Origin: Polyangiales bacterium
Lineage (GTDB): Bacteria; Myxococcota_A; Polyangia; Polyangiales; JADJQN01
Direction: 5' to 3'
DNA length: 64,000 nucleotides
Assembly: GCA_964202905.1 (NCBI GenBank)
Contig: CAXNJO010000014.1
Span: 20,844-84,843, forward strand
Part shown: one piece after another, positions 44,389 through 58,097 of the stretch
Layout: each line of letters opens with the position of its first letter
Numbering within the stretch: position 1 is the stretch's first letter
Program-made: the position numbers and the translations under genes
Notes under the pieces: generated by a model
The model's input: the letters and a program-made list of their open reading frames with translations, nothing else
Databases searched by the model: none
Told to the model about the DNA's origin: nothing

Positions 44389-45849
44389 ATGACGAGGAAC
44401 ATGAGCGTGAGCGAGACCGCCTACCGTCGATGCAACGAGTCCGTGCGCGAGGAGGTCGACGTCGCGCTGCGCGTCGCCGAGGGCGCGCTCCCCGCGGGGC
44501 TGCGCGGCGTGCTCTTCCGCAACGGGCCGGGCCGGCAGGAGGCGTTCGGCACGCCGTACGATCACCCCTTCGACGGCGACGGTCTCGTCACGCGCTTCGC
44601 CTTCGGTGACGGCGCGGTGCGCTACCGCAACCGCTTCGTGCGCACGCGCGAGTTCGTCGCGGAGGAGCGCGCGGGGCGCATGCTCTACCGCAGCTTCGGC
44701 ACGAACCTGCCCGGCGGGATCCGCCGCAACGTGCTGCGCATACGCTTCAAGAACGCCGCGAACACGAGCGTGATGTTCCACGCGGGCACGCTGCTCGCGT
44801 TGTGGGAGGGCGGGCTCCCGCATCGGCTCGATCCCGTCACGCTCGAGACGCTCGGGCCGTGGGACTTCGGCGGACGCCTGCGCAACGACGCGGGTCTCCT
44901 CGACCGGCTGGTCGCGCCGGATCTGCCCTTCTCCGCGCACCCGAAGCGCGACGTCGAGACGGGCGAGATCGTGAACTTCGGCACGCTGATGGGGCGCAAG
45001 AGCCAGCTCGTGACGTACCGCGTCGCGCGTGACGGGACGATGCGCGCGCCGCAGCGGACGCCCCTCGACGCGCTCGCCTTCGTGCACGACTTCGTGCTCA
45101 CCGAGCGGTACGCGGTCTTCTACCTCTCGGCGGTCGCGTTCCGCGTGGCGCAGGCGCTCGCCGGGCTCTCGACGCCGGTCGGCTCGCTCACGGCCTCCGC
45201 AGGCGCGCCGGCGCGGCTGCTCGTCGTGCCGCGCGACGGGAGCGCCCCGATCACGGTGCCCACGCGGCCGGGCTTCGTCTTCCACTTCGCGAACGGCTAC
45301 GAGGACGGGCACGGCGCGATCGTGCTCGACGGCATGCGGATGGACGCGCTCCCACCGGCGGCGTCGGCGCGCGCGATCCTGCGCGGGGCGCGGGTGCCGC
45401 TGCCACCGACGCACCCGACGCGCGTCGTCGTCGACCTCGCGGCGCGCCGCGCGACCGAGTCGACGCTGAGCGAGCGGCTCGCGGATCTGCCGACGATCGA
45501 CCCGCGCCGGACGGGCCGCGAACACCATGTTTTCTGGGCGATTTCGGGGGAGCGTGGGCCGCGTGAGCCGTTCTTCCACGCGCTGCTGCGCTACGAGCAC
45601 GGGCGCCCGGAGCGCGTCCGCGACTTCGGGCCGGACCTCCCCGGCGAGGCCGTGTTCGTCCCCGCGGGGCCTGACGCCGCGGAGGGCGACGGCTGGCTGC
45701 TGACGCTCGTCTACCGCGCCGACGCACACCGCACGGACCTCTACGTGCTGCGCGCCGACGACCTCGAGACGGTGTGCCGCCTCGAGCTGCCGCACCACCT
45801 CCCGATCGGCTTCCACGGCGTGTGGGTCGACGAGGGCGCGAGCGCCTGA
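44389..45849 (+). CDS. Carotenoid oxygenase (RPE65/CCO) family protein
   Basis: LFRNGPG, HPFDGDG, NAANT, four Fe-ligand His (SAHPK, VHDF, FHFAN, GFHG), GEAVF. Confidence 0.92.
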   Translation: MTRNMSVSETAYRRCNESVREEVDVALRVAEGALPAGLRGVLFRNGPGRQEAFGTPYDHPFDGDGLVTRFAFGDGAVRYRNRFVRTREFVAEERAGRMLYRSFGTNLPGGIRRNVLRIRFKNAANTSVMFHAGTLLALWEGGLPHRLDPVTLETLGPWDFGGRLRNDAGLLDRLVAPDLPFSAHPKRDVETGEIVNFGTLMGRKSQLVTYRVARDGTMRAPQRTPLDALAFVHDFVLTERYAVFYLSAVAFRVAQALAGLSTPVGSLTASAGAPARLLVVPRDGSAPITVPTRPGFVFHFANGYEDGHGAIVLDGMRMDALPPAASARAILRGARVPLPPTHPTRVVVDLAARRATESTLSERLADLPTIDPRRTGREHHVFWAISGERGPREPFFHALLRYEHGRPERVRDFGPDLPGEAVFVPAGPDAAEGDGWLLTLVYRADAHRTDLYVLRADDLETVCRLELPHHLPIGFHGVWVDEGASA

Positions 45850-45888
45850 CCGCGCGAAACGCCTCTCTTTTTCAGTAAAATTGGCCGA

Positions 45889-49056
<3,168 letters not shown>

Positions 49057-49151
49057 GGGGTGCAGGCTAGCACCCGCGCGGCCCCCCCCGCGCGGCGCGG
49101 CTGCTACCCTCGCGCGCGGTCGCCCCCCGGGGTGCGCCGGGGAGACCCACG

Positions 49152-49844
49152 ATGCAGCGCGACGACAGCCAACGGCTCAAGCAGGACGCGGCCCGCGCCG
49201 CCCTCGACATGCTCCCTGCGCGCGGCGTGATCGGACTCGGGAGCGGCTCGACCGCGCGGCTCTTCATCGAGGCGCTCGCGGCGCGCATCCGCGCCGGCGC
49301 CCCGCTCGTCGGCGTGCCCTCCTCGCGCGACAGCGAGTCGCTCGCGCGCGCGCTCGGGATTCCGTTGCTCGGCGACGACGAGGCCTGGGACATCGACCTG
49401 TGCGTCGACGGCGCCGACGAGGTCGATCCGCAGCTCGACGTCATCAAGGGCGGGGGCGGGATGCTCACGCGCGAGAAGATCGTGATGGCCGCGTCGCGCG
49501 AGACGGTGCTCCTCGTCGACGAGAGCAAGCTCGCGCCCGCCCTCGGGACCGCGTGGCGCGTGCCCGTCGAGGTCGTGCGCTTCGGTCACCGCGCGACGGC
49601 CGCGCGGCTCGCGTCGTTCGGCGACGCCCGGCTCCGCACGGGCGCGGACGGCGCACCCTTCGTCACCGATCAGGGCGGGCTCATCTACGACGTCGCGACC
49701 GGCCCGATCGCCGACGCGCCCGCCCTCGAGCGCGCGCTCGAGCACGTGCCGGGCGTCGTGACGGTGGGGCTCTTCACCGGCCGCGCAGGCCGCGTGATCG
49801 TCGCAGGGCGCGACGGAATCCGCACGGTCGCGCGGCCCGCCTGA
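49152..49844 (+). CDS. rpiA: Ribose-5-phosphate isomerase A
   Basis: GLGSGST, DGADEVD, IKGGGG..REKI, PGVV.GLF. Confidence 0.96.
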   Translation: MQRDDSQRLKQDAARAALDMLPARGVIGLGSGSTARLFIEALAARIRAGAPLVGVPSSRDSESLARALGIPLLGDDEAWDIDLCVDGADEVDPQLDVIKGGGGMLTREKIVMAASRETVLLVDESKLAPALGTAWRVPVEVVRFGHRATAARLASFGDARLRTGADGAPFVTDQGGLIYDVATGPIADAPALERALEHVPGVVTVGLFTGRAGRVIVAGRDGIRTVARPA

Positions 49845-49905
49845 GCAGGCCCTCGCGCGGCGACGCGGACCCGCCTCAAATACCTGTATTTGCTGAGAAA
49901 ATCGA

Positions 49906-50636
49906 TCACCGAACCGGCGCGTGGCACGGAGCGACGTCGTCCCCACGGAGCCCCGCGACGGGCCGCAGCACGAGGGCCGCGGCGCCGAGCGCGAGCGCGA
50001 GGGCGGCGAGTCGGAGGCCCCCGCGTCCGGCCTCGTGCCGCACCCGCTCGAGCGCGAACGACGCGAGCGCGAGGGCGGGCCCGCTCGCGAGCGCGAAGCC
50101 GGCCATCGCGAGCCCACCGCCGTGGGCTGCACCGCTCCCGGCCGCGATCGAGCAAGTCCCGTCGCGAGCGCCCCGCACGGCAGCAGCGCGGTGAGCACGC
50201 CGAGCGCGAGCGGCGCGTCGAGCACGCGGGCGAGGAGACGCGTGGTGAGCGATGCGCGGCGCGGCCCGCGGCCGAGCGACATCGGCGCGGACGTGGACGA
50301 CACCCCGCGGGAGGGCGCACGCGACGCACGAAAGGAGCGCAACGCCGCGACGCCGAGCGCCGCCGCGAGCGACCAGCTCAACAGCGCCTGCACGACGCGC
50401 TCGGGCAGCGCGACGGACACGCCGTGACCGAGCGCGCCGGCGAAAGCGCCGAGCGTCACGTACGCCGCGAGCCGACCTCCCTGCTACGCGAGCGCGCGCG
50501 GCAACGCGGCGCCCCCGCCCCGCGCGCAGCACGCGTGGCCCGCGAGCGGACCGCACATCCCCGCGCAGTGTGGGCTGCTGGCGAGGCCCGCGAGCCCGCC
50601 CGCGCCGAGCGCGACGATCGCGTCTGCGCCGCTCAA
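49906..50636 (-). pseudogene. Sulfite exporter TauE/DsbD_2-like cbb3 assembly protein, disrupted
   Basis: SPHCAGMCGP, LLPCG; in-frame TAG at 50484 where Tyr is expected; frameshift near 50150. Confidence 0.8.
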
Positions 50637-52042
50637 TGCGGGGGCCCGAGGAAGGGCGCATGCACGCGCTGGGTCACAGCCCCCTCGCCCTCCATCACGA
50701 CGTCGATCGTCGCCTCGAGACCCGGGCGCAGGGCGGACTCGGGCTAGCGTCACGACGAAGGGCATGCGGCGCTCGGCCAGCGACGCGAGCCGCACCGTGC
50801 GCGCCGGGAGCGTGTACGCGAGGGGCGTGCCCGCCGCGACGACCGGGCGCAGCGCGAAGGTCCGCGCCTCGCCGCGCTTGTTGACGAGGTGGATCGCGAA
50901 GGTGTTTCGCACCGCCGCCACGCCGCCCGCGCCTTCGATGAGGGCATAGGGCGAGCCGGGCAGCCGCAGGACGTTCGCCTCGAACGGCTCGTGGCTCGCG
51001 ATGGCGATCGACGCGGCCGTCACGCCCGCGAGGAGCAGCGCCGGGTAGAGGTAGAGCCGCGGCCGCAGCACCCGTCGCACGCCCGCCGTGAGCCCCCGCA
51101 GCGAGTCGAAGCGCACGAGGGCGCGCGGGCGCTTCAGCTGGTCCATCACCTCGTCGCACGCGTCCACGCAGGCCGTGCAGCCGATGCAATCGAGCTGCTG
51201 ACCGTGGCGGATGTCGATGCCCGTCGGGCACACGACGACGCAGCGATGGCAATCGACGCACGCCCCCGCCGTGGGGTCGTTGGCCTTGCCCCGAGGCTCG
51301 CCGCGCTTGGCATCGTAGCCGATGGTGATCGTGTCGCGGCCGGGGAGCACTGCCTGCAGGCGCCCGTAGGGGCAGATGATCAGACACAGCTGCTCGCGGA
51401 ACCACGCGAAGTTCCCGTAGAGGGCGAGCGTCACCGCCGTGGTCCACGTGAAGGCCTCGGCGTGCGTCGACGGAGCGCCCGCGACGAAGCGCATCACGCC
51501 GGGAAGCGAGACGAAGTAGGCGAGCAGGACGTGGGCGAGCGCCGCCGCGATCACGAGAAAAACCCTGTGTTTGACGAGCTTGCGCCAGACCTTGTCGAAG
51601 CTCGACGGCCCCGCGTCGCGGCGCAGGTGCGTGGTGCGAGGCCCCTCGACGAGGCGCTCGATGCGGCGGAACACGCCCTCGAGGAAGACCGTCTGCGGAC
51701 ACGCCCAGCCGCACCACACGCGCCCGACGATCGCCGCGGCGACGACGAGCGAGAACCCCACGCCCGTCAGCAGGAAGAACACCAGCCACGTGTCCTGCGC
51801 GTTGAACGTCTGCCCGAACAGAAAGAACCGCCGGTGCACGACGTCGAGGAGGACCGCCGGGTGACCGCCGGTCTGGAGGAACGGCAGCGTCACGTACACG
51901 CCGATGAGCACCGCGAAGACGAGCTTGCGCGCGCGAAGCGGCCCGACACGTCGGCCGGCATGAGGTTCACGCGCGAGCCATCCGCGCGCAGCGACCCCTT
52001 GCCGCGCTCGTCGACGACCGGCAGGCGGACACGCTCCCCCAT
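50633..52042 (-). pseudogene. ccoG: cbb3 accessory 4Fe-4S protein CcoG/FixG, frameshifted
   Basis: GRVWCGWACPQTVF, CPYGRLQ, CVDCHRCVVVCPTGIDIR, CIGCTACVDAC; frameshifts near 51925 and 50700-50745. Confidence 0.88.
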
Positions 52043-52047
52043 GCGGA

Positions 52048-52620
52048 TCAGGGCGCTGCGGGCGCGGTCGGCGTGCCCTGCGGCTCCTTGCCGCCGGGGA
52101 CGTTCGTGTCGCGGACGGAGAGCACGTAGGCCATCACGCTCTGCGTGCGCTGCGGGCCGAGCACCGTGCCCCACTGCGGCATGCCCTTCGCGGCGACGCC
52201 CCGGCGGATCACGCCGAAGACCTCCGTCGGGCGAACCCCGTGGATCCAGCTCCCGTCGGTGAGGTTGGGGCCGATCTTCCCCTCGGCGCGCTCGCCGTGG
52301 CAGACGACGCAGTTCTGCGCGAACACCGCGCGGCCCTCGGTGATGCGGGCCGCGTCGGCGGCGAGCGCGCCGAGCTCGGCGTCGGTGAGCCGCGCACCGG
52401 ACGCCTCCTCGATCGCGGCCTGCTCCTCGGCGAAGAGCGCGCGCTGGCTCTTCACGAGGCCGTAGCCCTCGTAGATGAACCAATACGCGATCGCGAAGAG
52501 CACCGCGCCGAAGAACGTCGCCAGCCACCACGTGGGCAGGTGGTTGTCGGCTTCTTCGATGCCGTCGTACTCGTGCAGGATCTCGCCCTGGATCTCGTCC
52601 CTGCGCTTGCCTTCAGTCAT
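52048..52620 (-). CDS. ccoP: cbb3-type cytochrome c oxidase subunit III
   Basis: HEYDGIEEADNHLPTWW, CVVCH, GPNLTD, KGMPQW. Confidence 0.9.
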   Translation of the reverse strand: MTEGKRRDEIQGEILHEYDGIEEADNHLPTWWLATFFGAVLFAIAYWFIYEGYGLVKSQRALFAEEQAAIEEASGARLTDAELGALAADAARITEGRAVFAQNCVVCHGERAEGKIGPNLTDGSWIHGVRPTEVFGVIRRGVAAKGMPQWGTVLGPQRTQSVMAYVLSVRDTNVPGGKEPQGTPTAPAAP

Positions 52621-52801
52621 GGCCGGGGGCCTCCTCGGAGTCGCCGAGCGGGAGACGCGCGAGCGCGTCGATGTCCGCGCGACGGGCGCGGAGCGCGCGC
52701 ACCGTCACGAGCACGAACACGGTGACGAACGGCAGCAGCGCGACGATCGGGAGGACGATCACCGGGCTGTCCGCGAAAAACTGGCGGGCGATCGCGCTCA
52801 T
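52613..52801 (-). CDS. ccoQ: cbb3-type oxidase small subunit CcoQ-like
   Basis: 62 aa single TM, ...LARLPLGD; coupled between ccoO and ccoP. Confidence 0.7.
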   Translation of the reverse strand: MSAIARQFFADSPVIVLPIVALLPFVTVFVLVTVRALRARRADIDALARLPLGDSEEAPGHD

Positions 52802-55126
52802 CGCACCACCGCCGCCTGCGCGGTCGCCGTCGGGGACGGGCCAACGGGCGCCGCCTCGGGCGAGGTGCGCTTGCCGAGCCGCTGCGTGTACGCGATGAGC
52901 GCGACGAGCTTGCTCTCGGCATCGACGCGCACGTGGCCCTCGCGCGCGAGCTCGGCCGCGATCGCCGCACCCGCGCGGCGCGCGGCGGCCGGCGCCTCGC
53001 GGATCTGCGCGTCGGTGTAGGGGACACCGAGCGTCTGCATCGCCTGCAGCTTGCCGCCCGTGTGGTCGAGGTCGACGCGGTCCCCGAGCAGGTGCGCGTA
53101 CGAGGGCATGGTCGAGCCGGGCGTGATCTGCCGCGGGTCCATGAAGTGCTGGTAATGCCAGAGGTGCGGGTAGCGGGCGCCCTCGCGCGCGTGGTCCGGC
53201 CCCGTGCGCTTGCTGCCCCACTGGAACGGGTGATCCCAGATCGAGTCGTCCGGCGTCGAGGGCTCGCCGTAGCGCGCCACCTCGAACGTGAAGGGCCGGA
53301 TCATCTGCGAATGGCACGTGTAGCAACCCTCTTGCAGGTACACGTCGCGCCCCTCGAGCTCGAGCGCGCTGTACGGCTGCTGGGACGTCGCGCGCTGCGC
53401 CGCCTGCCCCGAGACGATCGAGGGGACGATCTCGGCGACGCCGCCGACGAGCACCGCGACCACGGTGAACATCGTGAAGACGAGCGCCCGGCCCTCGAGC
53501 ATCCGATGCCATGCAGGGCCCGTCCCGCGGCCGGCGCGCAGGGCGATGACGCCGCCGATGGCGATCCCGCACGCGAGCACGATCACGACGGTGCCGACGA
53601 CGTGGTTCACGAAGGCCACGCTCCCCGCGACGAGGGACACGACCACCGTGAGCAGCACCGGCCTGCCGAAGACGACCTGCTGCCAGCCCGGCTCGGCCGC
53701 CGCGGGCTCTTCGACGACGACCTCGACTTCCGTCTCGACGGGGACCGCGCCGCGCGCCGTCTTCCAGAGGTTCCACTCCATCACGAACATGCCGACGAGG
53801 TACAGCGAGCCGCCGACGAGGCGCGTGTAGAACATCGGCCGCAGCGCGAGGATCGTCTCGACGAAGCTCGGATACGTGAGGCCGCCCCCCTCGCCGACCG
53901 CACGCCACATCAGCCCCTGCGTGATGCCCGCGACCCACATGGAGACGGCGTAGAGGAGAATCCCCACCGTCCCCAGATAGAAATGCATGTTGGCCGCAGA
54001 GCGGGAGTGCAGCTCACGGCCGTAGAGCTTGGGCACGAGGTCATAGAACAGCCCCACGGCCATGAAGCCGTTCCCCCCGAGCGCGCCCGAGTGCACGTGA
54101 CCGATGATCCAATCGATGTAGTGGGCGAGTCCCGACACGCTCTTGATCGAAAGCAACGGCCCCTCGAACGTCGCCATCCCGTAGAACGTGACGCCCGCCG
54201 CGAAGAACTTGAGGACGGGCTCCTGTCGGACCTTGTCCCACGCGCCGCGCAGCGTGAGCAGACCATTCAGCATGCCGCCCCAGGAGGGCGCTCACAGCAT
54301 CACGCTGAAGATCATGCCGAGTGTCTGCGCCCACTCGGGGAGTGCCGTGTAGAGCAGGTGATGCGGGCCTGCCCAGATGTAGATGAAGACCAGCGCCCAG
54401 AAGTGGATGATCGAGAGTCGATACGAGAACACCGGGCGATTCGCGGCCTTCGGCAGGTAGTAATACATGATGCCGAGCACCGGCGCCGTGAGGAAGAACG
54501 CGACCGCGTTGTGGCCGTACCACCACTGCACGAGCGCTTCCTGCACACCGGCGAAGAGCGCATAGCTCTTGAGCGGACCGACGGGGCATCGCGAGCGAGT
54601 TCACGATGTGGAGCACCGCGACGGTGAGGATCGTCGCGATGTAGAGCCAGATCGCGACGTAGAGGTGCTTCTCGTTGCGCTTCGCGAGCGTCCAGAAGAA
54701 GTTGACCGCGAACACCACCCACACGAGCGCGATCGCGAGATCGATCGGCCGCTCGAGCTCCGCGTACTCCTTGCCCTGCGTGAAGCCGAGCGGGAGCGTG
54801 ACCGCAGCGGCGACGATGATCGCCTGCCAGCCGAAGAAATGGATTCTCGAGAGCCCATCGTGGGCGAGTCGGGCCTTCAGGAGCCGCTGCGTGGAGTGGT
54901 AGACACCCGCGAACACCATGTTCCCCACGAACGCGAAGATCACCGCGTTGGTGTGCAGCGGGCGCAGTCGCCCAAAGGTCAGCCACGGGCCGAGGTTGGC
55001 CTGCCACGCCGCGAGCTGCGTCGCGACGATCACGCCGACGAGCATCCCGACGAGCCCCCAGCCGAGGGAGGCCCAGATGAACCAACGGACGATCTGATCG
55101 TCGTAGCGGAAGCGGACGGTCTTCAT
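52798..55126 (-). pseudogene. ccoN: Fused cbb3 oxidase subunits I+II (CcoN-CcoO), disrupted
   Basis: [57 protein letters not shown]; +1 frameshift near 54585 and TGA at 54292 at a Trp position. Confidence 0.92.
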
Positions 55127-55311
55127 GATTCGGTCTCTCGCGCGGTCGGGGCCGCACGGCGGGGCGCGGGCGGCGGGTCGTCGTCCATCGGCAACAGCGC
55201 GAGGCGGTCTGCCTGCTCGTGCGAGCGCTGTCGGAGGGTGAACGCCAGCAGAAGCAGACTGCAGGCCACGAGGCAGAGGCTCACGAACACGGTCAAGGCG
55301 ACGACTTCCAA
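55123..55311 (-). CDS. ccoS: cbb3 maturation protein CcoS-like (TTG start)
   Basis: EVVALTVFVSL...QADRLALLPMDD; GAGGAG SD; stop overlaps ccoN ATG. Confidence 0.7.
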   Translation of the reverse strand: MEVVALTVFVSLCLVACSLLLLAFTLRQRSHEQADRLALLPMDDDPPPAPRRAAPTARETES

Positions 55312-57178
55312 AGGGCGCTCCTCGGTCCAAGCGACGCGAGCGTCGCGAACATCACGGCCAGCGAGCTCGCGGGCATGAGCGCAGCGGCGAGCCACGGCGT
55401 CCTCCAACCCGCGAGACAGAGCGCGACGGCGCCCGCGTTGTAGACGAGCGCGGCGCAGAGATTGCGCGTCGTCACGCGGTGCAGCGCGCGGCTTGCGCGG
55501 AGCGCGAGGCCGATCGGCGCGAGGCCCGGCGTGACGAAGTAGAAGTCCGAGCGCGCGGGCACGAAGGGGCGATCGACCGCCGGCGTGCCCGAGCAGTGCG
55601 CGTCCCCGACGACGAGCGCGTCGTTGAGTCCGTCGCCGATCATCAGCGTGGCGGCGCGGTCGTGCGCGGCCAGCCACGCGGCCTTGCCCTCGGGCGTGCG
55701 ACCACCGACCGCACGCTCGGCGGGGACGCCGATCGCCGCGGCAAGCGCCGTGACCCGTGCGGGTGTGTCGCCCAAAAGGACCCACGGCTCGTATCCCTCG
55801 CCCGCGAGGCGCGCGACCTCACGAACCGCATCGGGGCGCAGGCGCTCTTCGCTGCGCCAGGCACGCCGGAGCGCGCTATCCACCGAAAAACAAGATCGGC
55901 GTCGATCGCAGGGTGTTCGTCCGGGAGACAAAACCGCGCCGACCCGATGCGGTATTCATGGCCACGGGCGCGCGCGCAGAGGCCTTCTCCCGCGCGCTCC
56001 GTGACGATCATTTCGTGGACGTGCTCCGCGACGGGGCGCGGGTCCTTCGCGTCGCGGGCTCCCTCCGCGCGGCGCTCGAGGCAGGCGAGCAGCGCGACGC
56101 TCTTCGGGTGCGTGCTGCGTGCGGTCATCGCCGCGAGTACCGCGCAAGCCGCGTCGTCGAGGCCCGCGAGGGGTTCCGCGCCATCGGGCGTGCCCGCGGC
56201 GTCGACGCCCGTGAGCCCGAGCACGCCGACGGTGAGCGTGCCGGTCTTGTCGAAGACCACGCGCCGCACGGTGCGCGCGCGATCGAGGAAGCCTGAGGCG
56301 CGCACGTAGAGACCGGCCCGCCGCAGCCCCGCGTGCACGAGCTCGTAGGCGAGCGGCGTCGCGATGCCGAGCGCACAGGGGCACGTCACGACGAGGACCG
56401 CCGTGGTCACGTCGAGCGTGCGCCCGAGATCGCGCGTCACGAGCCACCACGCGAACGCGCCGAGCGACGCGACCGTGATCACCCCGCCCACGTACGCGGA
56501 CGCGAGGCGCTGCCACCACGGCGTCGCGCGGGCGCCGTCGACGTCGCGCGGCCGCGGGGCGCGCAACAGCGCGACGAGCGGCGAGTCCGAAAAGTCGGTG
56601 TTCAAACGAACGCGCGCCGCGTGCATGCTCGCGTCGAAGGCCCCCGCGGGCACGGTGTCTCCGCGCGTGAACGTGCGCGGCGCGGCCGCGCCCGTGATCC
56701 AGTCGAGCGAGAAGCTCGCCGCGTCTTCCTCGAGCGTCGCATCGACGGGCAGCAGATCGCCGGGCGCGACGAGCAGCGCATCGCCCGCGCGCAGCTCTCC
56801 ACAGGGCACGAGCGCGACGCGACCGTCCGCGTCGAGGCGGCGCGCGAGCAGGCCGTGCGCTCCGTCGTCCGCGAGCAGCGCGCGACGGTTGCGCTCGAGC
56901 ACGCGCTCGTGCAGCCGGCGGCCGACGAGCATGAGCGCGATGAAGATCGTGAGCGTGTCGAAGTACGACGCGCGGCGCTCTCCGTCGAAGAACGACCACG
57001 TCGAGCCCGCGAACGCGAGCACGATGCCGAGCGCGATCGGCGCGTCCATGGGCAGCACGCCGCGGCGGAGCGCGCGCCACGCCGAGCCGATGAACACGCT
57101 CCCGCCGACCGCCACCGCGACCGTCGCGAGCAGCCAGCCCGCCGTGTGCATGAGGGCGCCGACGGGGGGAGCGGACAC
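55293..57178 (-). pseudogene. ccoI: Heavy-metal P1B ATPase CcoI/FixI, 5'-truncated and frameshifted
   Basis: YFD, CPC, DKTGT, HP, GDGLND; TGE altered to TGA; no N-terminal metal-binding domain; frameshift near 55900. Confidence 0.85.
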
Positions 57179-57379
57179 GCGCGCCAGCTACGCACGGTCC
57201 GTGTCGTGTCCAAGTGTCCACGCCTGCGGGCGTTCACATGGCGCGGAGGCACCTGTATCCGCGCAGATCCTGCGCGCAGTGCGCAAGGCCTGCGCGCATT
57301 CCTACACGGCGCTCCGCCGCACGGCGGACGCGCGCGCGGCGGGCGGCGGTCGTTGGCGACGCCGTCCCGAGCGACGCGC

Positions 57380-58036
57380 TCAACCGGCGGGGGCGGGCGC
57401 GGAGGCGGGCGCGGGCGGAGACGCGGACGCGGGGACGAACGACTCGCGGTCCGGGTCGAACACGCTCAGCGAGAGCGACTTCATGTCGTAGACCCAGCCG
57501 TGCAGGCGCACCGTGCCGGCGTCGAGGCGCGCGCGGACGGAGGGGTACGTCAGGAGGTTCTCGAGCGCGACGAGGACGTTCTCCTCGACCGCCGCGCGGA
57601 AGGTCTCCTCGGGGGGGAGCCCCGCGCGCTTCGCCGTCGCCGCGCCCGGCAGCAGGCCCTCGAGCCACTCGCGCAGCGACGGCGTCTCGGGGCCGATCCC
57701 GGCGAGGCCGTCGAGCGCGGCCTTCACGCCGCCGCAGCCGGTGTGCCCGCAGACGATGATGTCGGGCACGCCGAGGTGCGCGACCGCGAAGTCGATCGCC
57801 GCGCCCACGCTCGCGTCGGGGTCATCGAGCGGCGGCACGTGGTTCGCGATGTTGCGCAGCACGAAGAGATCACCGGGCCCCGAGCTCGTGAGCAGCTCGG
57901 GCACGACGCGCGAGTCCGAGCAGCCGATGTAGAGCGCGCGCGGCGCCTGGCTCTTCGCGAGGTTGGCGAAGTACTCGCGCTCCGTGAAGTAGCGGCGCGC
58001 GAACTGGGAGTGACCACGGAGAAATTGTTGGGTCAT
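57380..58036 (-). CDS. Beta-class carbonic anhydrase
   Basis: GCSDSRV, GDLFVLRNIAN, CGHTGCGG, LHGWVYD; ATG at 58036. Confidence 0.95.
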   Translation of the reverse strand: MTQQFLRGHSQFARRYFTEREYFANLAKSQAPRALYIGCSDSRVVPELLTSSGPGDLFVLRNIANHVPPLDDPDASVGAAIDFAVAHLGVPDIIVCGHTGCGGVKAALDGLAGIGPETPSLREWLEGLLPGAATAKRAGLPPEETFRAAVEENVLVALENLLTYPSVRARLDAGTVRLHGWVYDMKSLSLSVFDPDRESFVPASASPPAPASAPAPAG

Positions 58037-58097
58037 GGCGGTGCCGTCGACGGGGATCGATATCGAGGGTTGGGGGAGGAAGACCGGTATGGTGGTT

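Noticed and set aside
49875..49910. AT-rich patch as an FNR box or dispersed repeat (a similar patch lies at 45862-45890)
   Set aside because: No TTGAT-N4-ATCAA match, it lies downstream of the operon, and similarity between the patches is weak
54292..54294. In-frame TGA at a Trp position in ccoN (and TGA at a Cys position in tnpC, 5748) as evidence of stop-codon recoding or selenocysteine
   Set aside because: TGA is the ordinary stop of most genes here, including r-proteins; TGG is used for Trp throughout; both genes carry other lesions
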